Assembly (NCBI RefSeq): GCF_009914755.1
Contig: NC_060937.1
Length of the DNA: 64,000 nucleotides
Source: the human T2T-CHM13v2.0 reference genome, Homo sapiens
Reading direction: 5' to 3' (one strand)
The translations under genes were made by a program, and so were the position numbers. The notes under the pieces are model-generated. The model saw only the letters and a program-made list of their open reading frames with translations. It searched no databases and was not told the origin of the DNA. Shown here piece by piece: positions 11,501 to 20,086 of this stretch; positions within the stretch are counted from its first letter, which is position 1; each line of letters starts with the position of its first letter.

Positions 11501-13845
11501 GGATTGAAATATCCAATTGCAGATTCTAAAAAAAGGAGATTCAAAACTGCTCAATCAAAATAAACGTTCAACTCTGTGACATGAATGTGCACACCACCAA
11601 AAAGTTTCTCAGAATGTTTCTGTGTAGTTTTTATGTGAAGATATTTGCTTTTCCACGGTAGGCCTCAAAGTGCTCCAATTATGTACTTGCAGATTCTATA
11701 AAAGGATTGTTTCAAAACTGCTGAATAAAAAGAAAGGATCAATTCTGTGAAATGAATGGACACATCACAAAGAAGTTTCTCAGAATGCTTCTGTGTAGTT
11801 TTTATTTGAAGGTATTTCCTTTTCCACCATAGGCCGCAAAGGGCTCCAAATATCCAATTGCAGATTCCAAAAAAAAGGAGATTCAATACTGCTCAATCAA
11901 AAGAAAGGTTCAACTCTGTGAATTGAATGCACACATCACAAAGAAGTTTATCAGAATGCTTCTGTGTAGCTTTTATGTTAAGATATTTCCTTTTCCACAA
12001 TAGGGCTGATATCGCTCCAAATATCCACTTGCAGACTCTACAAAAACAGTGTTTCATAACTGCTCCATCAAAATAAAGAATCAACTCTGTGAGGTGAATG
12101 CACACATCACAAAGAAGTTTCTCTGAATGCTTCTGTGTAGTGTTTATGTGAACATATTTGCTTTTCCACAATAGGCCCCAAAGTGCTCCAAATATCCACA
12201 TGCTGATTTCTACAAAAAGAGTGTTTCAAAACTGCTCAATCATAAGGTAGGTTCGTCCTGTGAGATGAATGCACACATCAAAACGAAGTTTCTCAGAATG
12301 CTTCTGTGTAGTTTTTATTTGAACATATTTCCTTTTCCACCATAGGCCACAAAGGGCTCCAAATATCCACTCACAGATTCTACAAAAAAAGAGATTCAAA
12401 ACTGTTTAATCAAAAGCTAGGTTCAACTCTGTCAGTTGAATGCACACATCACAAAGAAGTTTCTCAGAATGCTTCTGTGTAGTTTTTACATGAAGATATT
12501 TCCTTTTCCCCAATAGGCCTCAAAGCTCTCCAAATATCCACTTGCAGATTCTGCAAAAAGAGATTCAAAACTGCTCCATCAAAAGAGAGGTTCGACTGTC
12601 AGTGGAATGCACACATCACAAAGTAGTTTCTCAGAACGCTTCTGTGTAGTTTGTATGTGAAGATATTTCCTTTTCAACCATAAAGCACAAAGGGCTCCAA
12701 ATATCAAGTTGCAGATTGTACCAAAAGAGAGTTTAAAAACGGCTCAATCAAAACATAGGTTCAACTCTGTGAGTTGAATGCACACGTCACAAATAGTTTC
12801 TCAGAATGATTTTGTGTAGTTTTTAGGTGAAGATATTTGCGATTCCACAGTAGGCCTCAAAGCGCTCCAAATATCCATTTGCTCATTAAACAAAAAGAGT
12901 GTATCAAAACTGCTCAATCATAAGATAGGTTCAACCCTGTGAGATGAATGCACACATCACAAATAACTTTCTCAGAATGCTTCTGTGTAGTTTTTATGTG
13001 AAGATATTTCCTTTTCCACCGTAGGCCACAAAGGGCTCCAAATATCAACTTGAAGATTCTACAAAAAGAGAGATTCAAAACTGCTCCATCAAGAGATAAG
13101 TTCAACTCTGTGAGTTGAATGGACACATCGCAAAGAATTTTCTCATAATGCTTCTGTGTAGTTTTTATTTGAAGATACTTCCTTTTCCACAATAGGCCTC
13201 AAAGCTCTCCAACTATCCCCTTGCAGATTCTACAAAAAGAGAGATTCAAAACTGCTCAATCAATAGAGTGGTTTGACTCTGTGCGTTGAATGCACACCTC
13301 ACAGAGAAGTTTCTCAGAATGCTTCTGTGTAGTTTGTATTTGAAGATATTTGCTTTTCCACAGTAGGCCTGAAAGCTCTCCAAATATCCACTTGCAGATT
13401 CTGCCAAAAGAGAGATTCAAAACTGCTCAATCCAAAGATAGGTTCAACTCTTTGAGTTGAATGCACACATCACAAAGAAGTTTTTCAGAATGCTTCTGTG
13501 TAGTTATTATCTGAAGATATTTCCTTTTCCACAGAAGACCTCAGAGGTCTTTAATATCTACTTGCAGATTCTGCAAAAAGAGTGATTCAAAACAGCTCAA
13601 TCAAAAGATATTTTCGACTCTGTGAGTTGAATGCACACCTAACAAAAAAGATTCTCACAATGCTTCTGTGTAATTTTTAGGTGTAGATGTTTGCTTTCCC
13701 TCATTAGGCCTCAAAAAGTTCCAAATATCCACTTGCAGATTCTGCAAAAAGAGAGATTCAAAACTGCTCATTCAAGAGATAGGTTCAAATCTGTGAGTTG
13801 ACTGCACACCTCACAAAGAAGTTTCTCAGAATGCTTCTGGGTAGT
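5501..13845 (-). repeat. Alpha satellite, reverse orientation, layer type 2 (TACACAGAAGCATTC / GTGGATATTTGG)
   Basis: Units read AATGCTTCTGTGTAGTTTTTAT and CCAAATATCCACTTGCAG, often with AAAGATAGGTTCAAC. The block ends at ...AGAATGCTTCTGGGTAGT, where pentamer satellite starts. Confidence 0.95.
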
Positions 13846-14628
13846 GGAGTGGAGAAAAGTGGAGTGGATTGGAGTGGTAAGGATTGGAATGCAATGGAGT
13901 GGAGTGGAATGGAATGGAATGGAACAGAATGGAATGGAATGGAGTGGAACAGAGTGGAGTAGAGGGGAGTGGAATGGAGTTGAGTGGAGTGTATCAGAGT
14001 GCAGTGGAATGGAAAGGAATGGAATGGATTGGAATGGATTGGAGTGGAGTGGAGTGGAATGGAGTGAAATAGAGTGGAGTGGAATGAAGTGGAATGGAAT
14101 GGAATGGAGTTGAATGTAACGGAATGGAGCAGAAAGGAATGGAACGGAACTTAAAGGAATCTAGTGGAGTGGAGTGGAGTTGATCAGAGTGCAGTGGAAT
14201 TGAATGGAATGGACTGGAATGGAATAGAGTGGAGTGGAGGGGAGTGGTAAGAAGTTGAATAGAGTGGAATGAAATAGAGTGGAGTGGAATGGTATGGAAT
14301 GGAATGGAATGGAATGGAATGGAATGGAATGGAATGGAAAGGAATGGAAAGGAAGAGAATGGAATGGAATTGAAAGGAGCAGAGTGGAGTGGAATGGAGT
14401 TGATTGGAGGGGATCGGAGTGGAGGGGAATGGAATGGAATGAAGTGGAGTGGAGTGGAGTTGAATGGAATGGAGTGGAGTGAAACGGAATGGAATGGAAT
14501 GGAATGGAACAGAACGGAGTGGAGTGGAGTGCAGTGGAGTTGAGTGGAGTGGTTCGGAGTGCAGGGGAATGGAAATGAATGGAATGGAATGGAATGAAAC
14601 AGGATGGAATGCAACGAAGAAATGAAAT

Positions 14629-14691
14629 GTGAGCTAAGATTGTGTCACTGCACTCTAGTCTGGGTGACAGAGGTAGACCAGTCGAAATAAA
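14629..14691 (+). mobile_element. Alu right-arm 3' fragment embedded in HSat3 (copy 1)
   Basis: GTGAGCTAAGATTGTGTCACTGCACTCTAGTCTGGGTGACAGAGGTAGAC matches the Alu consensus end GTGAGCCGAGATCGCGCCACTGCACTCCAGCCTGGGCGACAGAGCGAGAC, mostly with CpG decay. Confidence 0.88.
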
Positions 14692-15382
14692 GGAATGGAA
14701 TGGAATGGAGTAGAATGGAATGGAATGGAGTGGAGTGGAATGGATGGAATGGAGTGGAGTGGATTGGAGTGGAGTGGAATGGAGAGTAGTGGAGTGTGGT
14801 GGAATGAGTGGAGCAGAATGGAATGGAGTGGAATTGAGTGGAATGGAATGGAGTGGAATGGAATGGAATGGAATGGAGTGGAATGGAATGGAATGCATTG
14901 GAGTTGAATGGAATGGAATGGAATGGAATGGAGGGGAATATAATGGAATGTAGTGCAATGAAATGTACTGGAGTGGAGTGCAGTGGAGTGGAGTGGAATA
15001 TAGTGAAATGGAGTGGAGTGGAACGGAGTGGAGTGGAATGGAATGGAATGAAATGGAACGGAACAGAACGGAAGAGAATGGAATGGAAGGGGACAGAGTG
15101 GAGCGGAATGGAGTTGAGTGGAGGGGATCGGAGTGCAGTAGAATGGAATTGAATGGAATGGAATGGAGTGGAGTGGAGTGGAATGGAATGGAGTGGAGTG
15201 GAATTGAATGGAAAGGAACGAAATGGAATGGAATGGAACGGAATAGAATGGAACGGAACAGAACAGAGTGGAGTGGAGTGGAGTTTAGTGGAGTGGATCG
15301 GAGTGCAGGGGAATGGAATGGAATGGAATGGAATGGAATGGAATGGAATGAAATGGAATGGAAAGCAACTATGAAATAAAAT

Positions 15383-15446
15383 GTGAGCTAAGATTGTGCC
15401 ACTGCACTCCAGTGTGGGTGACAGAGTTAGATCCAGTCGAAACAAA
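15383..15446 (+). mobile_element. Alu right-arm 3' fragment embedded in HSat3 (copy 2)
   Basis: GTGAGCTAAGATTGTGCCACTGCACTCCAGTGTGGGTGACAGAGTTAGATCCAGTCGAAACAAA, with the same truncation point as copy 1. Confidence 0.9.
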
Positions 15447-17237
15447 GGAATGGAATGGAATGGAGTAGAATGGAATGGAATGGAGTGGAGTGGAATGGAA
15501 TTGAGTGGAATGGAGTGGAGTGGAGTGGAATGGAGGGGAGTGGAGTGTAGTGGAATGAGTGGAGCGGAATTGAGCGGAATGGAATGGAGTTAAATTGAGT
15601 GGAATGGAATGGAATGGAGTGGAATGGAATGGAATGGAGTGGAATGTAATGGAATGGAGTGCAATAAAATGTAGTGTAGTGTAGTGTAGTGTAGTGTAGT
15701 GGAATGGAGTGGAATGGAATGCAGTGCAGTGGGATGGAATGGAACGGAATGGAAGACAATGAAGTGCAGTGGATTGTAATGGAATGGAGTGGAATAGAAT
15801 GGAGTGGAGTGGTGTGGAGTGGAATGGAGTGGAGTGGAATGGAGTGGAAAGGAATGGAGTGGAGTGGAAAGGAATGGAATGGAATGGAATGAAATGGAAA
15901 GGAATGGAAGGGAATGAAATGGAATGGAACAGAATAGATTGGAGTGGAATCGAGTGGAGTGGAGTAGGGTGGAGCGGATCGGAATGCAGTGGAATGAAAT
16001 GGAATGCAATGGAATGGAATGGAATGAAATAGAATGGAATTTAGGGGAGTGGCGTGGGGTGGATTGAGTGGAGTTGAGTGCAGTAGTGTGGAATGGAGTG
16101 GAATGGAATGTAGTGGAGTGGAATGGAATGGAAAGGAACAGAAAGGAATGGAATGGAATGGAATGGAATGGAATGGAATGGAATGGAATGGAACAGAGTG
16201 GAGTCTAATGGAGTGAAATGGAGTGGAGTGGAGTGGAGCGGAATGAAATGGAGTGGAATGGAACAGAATGGAACTGACCAGAACGGAATGGAATCGAATG
16301 GAGTGGAGTGGAGTTGAGTGGAGTGGATCGGAGTGCAGTGGAATGAAATGGAATGGAATGGAATGGAATGTATTGGAGTGGATTCGAGTGGAGTGGAGTG
16401 TAGTTGAATGGAGTGGAATGAAATGCAGTGGAGTGGAATGGAATGGAATGGAGTGGAATGGAATAGAATAGAACGGAATGGAATGGAATGAAAAGGAATG
16501 GAGTGGAGTGGAGTTGACTGGAATGGATTGGATTGCCATGGAAAGGAAAGGAAAGGAATGGAATGGAATGGAATGGAATGGAATGGAATGGAATGGAATA
16601 GAATGGAATGGAAAGGAGTGTATTGGAATGGAGTGGAGTGGAGTTGACTGGAATGGATTGGATTGCCATGGAAAGGAAAGGAATGGAATGGAATGGAATG
16701 GAATGGAATGGAATGGAATGGAATGGAATGGAAAGGAGTGTAGTGGAATGGAGTGGAGTGGAGTGCAGTGGATTGGAGTGGAATGGAGTGGAGTGGAGTG
16801 CAGTGGAGTGGAAAGGAGTGGAGTGGTGTGGAATGGAATGGAGTGGAATGGAACGGAACCAAACTGAACAGAGTGGAAAGGAATGGAACGGAGTGGAGTT
16901 GAGTGGAGTAGAGTTGAGTGGAATGGATGGGAATGCTTTGGAATGGAATGGAAAATAATTTAATGAAATTTAGTTGAGTGGAGTGGATTTTATTGGAGTG
17001 GAGTGGAATGGAATGGATTAGAGTTTAGAGCAGTGGCGTGGAGTGGAGTGGAATGAAGTGGAATGGAGTGGAATGAAATGGAGTGGAGTGGAATGGAATG
17101 AAATGGATCAGAATGCTATGGAATGGAATGGAACGGAATGGAGTGGAGTGGAGTTGAGTGGAGTGGATGGGATAGCAGTGGAATGGAATGGAATGAAATG
17201 CAATTGAATGAAATGGAGTGGAATCATGCAATGAAAT

Positions 17238-17302
17238 GTGAGCTAAGATTGTGCCACTGCACTCTAGTCTGGGAGACAGAGTGAGATATAGTCGAAGTAA
17301 AA
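17238..17302 (+). mobile_element. Alu right-arm 3' fragment embedded in HSat3 (copy 3)
   Basis: GTGAGCTAAGATTGTGCCACTGCACTCTAGTCTGGGAGACAGAGTGAGATATAGTCGAAGTAAAA, with the same truncation point and AAAT flank. Confidence 0.9.
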
Positions 17303-18379
17303 GAATGGATTGAAATGCAGTAGAATATAATGGAATGGAGTGGAGTGGAATGGAATGAAGTGGAATAGAATGGAGTGGAGTGGAATGGAGGGGAGTGGAT
17401 TGGAGTGGAGTGGAATGGAGTGGAATGGAATGAAATGGAGTGGAGTGGAGTGGAAGAAATAGAGTGGAATGAAGTGGAGGGGAGTGAGTGGAATGGGGTG
17501 CAGTGGAATGGAATGGAGTGGACTGGAGTGGAAGGGAGTGGAATGAATTGGAATGGAATGGATTGGAATGGAATGAATGGAGTGGAATGGAGTGGAGTGT
17601 ATTGGAGTGGATTGTAGTGGAGGGAAGTGGAATGGAGTAGAATGGAGTGAAATGGAGTGGAGTGGAGTGGAGTGGAATGGAATGGAGTTTAATGGAATGG
17701 AAAGGAACGTACCAGAACAGAATGGAATGGAACGGAATGGAATGGAGTGGAATGGAGTGGAATTGTGTGGAGTGGATCGGAGTGCAGTGGAATGGAATGG
17801 AATGGAATGGAATGGAATGGAATGGAATGGAGTGGAGTGGGGTGGAGTGGATAGGAGTGGAATGGAATGGAGTGGTGTTGAGTAAACTGGAATAGAGTGG
17901 AATGGAATGGAGTGGATTGGAATGCAATGGAAAGGAACAGAATGGAATGAATGGAACAGAATGGTATAGAACGGACGGAAAGGAGTGGAGTGGAATGGAG
18001 TTGAGTGGAGTGGATCGGATTGCTGTGGAATGGAAAGGAATGGAATGGAATGGAATGGAAAGGAATGTAGTGGAATGGAGTGGAGTGGAGTGGAGTGGAA
18101 TGGAGAGGAGTGGAATGGAGTGGAGTGGAATGGAGTGGGGTGGAGTGGAGTGCAGTGGAGTGGAGTGCAGTGGAGTGGAATGTAGTGGTTTGGAGTGTAA
18201 TGGAATGGAGTGGAATGCAACGGAACAGAGGAGAATGCAACAGAATGGAATGGAATGGAGTGGAGTGGAGTAGAGTTGAGTGGAGTGGATCAGACTGCAG
18301 TGTAATGGAGTGGAATGGAATTTAAAGTAATCGAGTGGACTGGAGTGGAGTGGAGTTTAGTGGAGTGCGGTAGAATAGT

Positions 18380-18917
18380 TGTCTATTAGGTCCGCTTGGT
18401 GCAGAGCTGAGTTCAATTGCTGGGTATCCTTGTTGACTTTCTGTCTTGTTGATCTGTCTAATGTTGACAGTGGGGTGTTAAAGTCTCCCATTATTAATGT
18501 GTGGGAGTCTAAGTCTCTTTGTAGGTCACTAAGCACTTGCTTTATGAATCTGGGTGCTCCTGTATTGAGTGCATATATATTTAGGATAGTTAGCTCTTCT
18601 TGTTGAATTGATCCCTTTGCCATTATGTAATGGCCTTCTTTGTCTCTTTTGATCTTTGGTGGTTTAAAGTCTGTTTTATCAGAGACTAGGATTGCAACCC
18701 CTGCCTTTTTTTGTTTTCCATTTGCTTGGTAGATCTTCCTCCATTCTTTTATTTTGAGCCTATGTGTGTCTCTGCACGTGAGATGGGTTTCCTGAATAGA
18801 GCACACTGATGGGTCTTGACTCTTTATCCAATTTGCCAGTCTGTGTCTTTTAATTGGAGCATTTAGTCCATTTACATTTAAAGTTAATATTGTTATGTGT
18901 GAATTTGATCCTGTCAT
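18380..18917 (-). pseudogene. L1 ORF2p N-terminal APE-like endonuclease domain, truncated after ~180 aa
   Basis: The ORF-track peptide contains IQETHL, GVAILV, LNIYA and IMGDFNTPLS. Homology stops at ADLID and the frame runs into HSat3. Confidence 0.93.
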
Positions 18918-18980
18918 GATGATGTTAGCTGGTGATTTTGCTCGTTAGTTGATGCAGTTTCTTCCTAGTCTCGATGGTCT

Positions 18981-19961
18981 TTACATTTTGGCATAATTTT
19001 GCAGCGGCTGGTACCGGTTGTTCCTTTCGATGTTTAGTGCTTTCTTCAGGAGCTCTTTTCGGGCAGGCCTGCTGGTGACACAATCTCTCAACATTTGATT
19101 GTCTGTAAAGTATTTTATTTTTCCTTCACTTATGAAGCTTAGTTTGGCTGGGTATGAAATTCTGGGTTGAAAATTCTTGTCTTTAAGAATGTTGAATATT
19201 GCCCCCCACTCTCTTCTGGCTTGTAGGGTTTCTGCCGAGAGATCCACTGTTAGTCTGATGGGCTTCTCTTTGAGGGTAACCAACCTTTCTCTCTGGCTGC
19301 CCTTAACATTTTTTCCTTCATTTCAGCTTTGGTGAATCTGACAATGATGTGTCTTGGAGTTGCTCTTCTCGAGGAGTATCTTTGTGGCGTTCTCTGTATT
19401 TCCTGAATCTGAACGTTGGACTGCCTGCAGAGTGTTTTCCAACTTGGTTCCATTCTCCCCATCACTTTCAGGTACACCAATCATACGTAGATTTGGTCTT
19501 TTCACATAGTCCCATATTTCTTGGAGGCTTTGCTCATTTCTTTTTATTCTTTTTTCTCTAAACTTCCCTTCTAACTTCATTTCATTCATTTCATCTTCCA
19601 TCGCTGATACTCTTTCTTCCAGTTGATCGCATCGGCTCCTGAGGCTTCTGCATTCTTCACGTAGTTCTCGAGCCTTGGTTTTCAGCTCCATCAGCTCCTT
19701 TAAGCACTTCACTGTATTGGTTATTCTAGTTCTACATTTTTCTAAATTTTTTTCAAAGTTTTCAACTTGTTTGCCTTTGGTTTGAATGTCCTTCCGTAGC
19801 TCAGAATAATTTCATCATCTGAAGCCTTCTTCTCTCAGCTCATCAAAGTCATTCTCCATCCAGCTTTGTTCCGTTGCTGGTGAGGAACTGCGTTCCTTTG
19901 GAGGAGGAGAGGCACTCTGCTTTTTAGAGTTTCCAGTTTTTCTGCTCTGTTTTTTCCCCAT
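18981..19961 (-). pseudogene. L1 ORF1p, disrupted (35-bp deletion at ~19425, frameshifts)
   Basis: ATG at 19961 (AAAGATGGGGAAAAAACAG on the minus strand). The C-terminus ...NRYQPLQNYAKM* ends at 18981. The ORF track splits it over three frames. Confidence 0.92.
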
Positions 19962-20086
19962 CTTTGTGGTTTTATCTACTTTTGGTCTTTGATGATGGTG
20001 ATGTACAGATGGGTTTTTGTTGTGGATGTCCTTTCTGTTTGTTAGTTTTCCTTCTAACAGACAGGACCCTCAGCTGCAGGTCTGTT

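Larger units (their letters stand above)
13846..18379 (+). repeat. Human satellite 3 (HSat3)-type pentamer array, diverged (GGAAT/GGAGT)n, purine-rich on + strand
   Basis: Continuous GGAAT and GGAGT pentamers with recurrent variant landmarks (GGAGTTGAGTGGAGTGGATCGGAGTGCAG; GGAACAGAACGG). It lacks the regular CATTCGATTC-type pattern typical of HSat2. Confidence 0.93.
18380..20086 (-). mobile_element. LINE-1 internal fragment (young L1PA2/L1PA3-like): end of 5'UTR, ORF1, spacer and ORF2 endonuclease region; both ends missing
   Basis: Minus-strand peptides MTGSNSHITILTLNVNGLNAPIKRHRLANWIK... (ORF2 EN) and ELMELKTKARELREECRSLRSRCDQLEERVSAMEDEM (ORF1 coiled coil). No polyA or TSD. Confidence 0.96.

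Noticed and set aside
862-13192. Short recurrent ORFs such as MNAHITKKFLRMLL (also throughout 20-64 kb)
   Set aside because: These are translations of alpha-satellite monomers; their repetition reflects the satellite, not a gene family.
14629-17302. CRISPR-like arrangement of a conserved unit with variable spacers
   Set aside because: The unit is an Alu fragment, the intervening DNA is 0.7-1.8 kb of pentamer satellite, there are no cas genes and the DNA is primate.
13844-18325. Many long ORFs (up to 370 aa) of MEWNG/HSIPF repeats
   Set aside because: These are artefacts of translating (GGAAT)n/(ATTCC)n pentamers, which rarely form stop codons. They overlap in all frames and have no gene structure.
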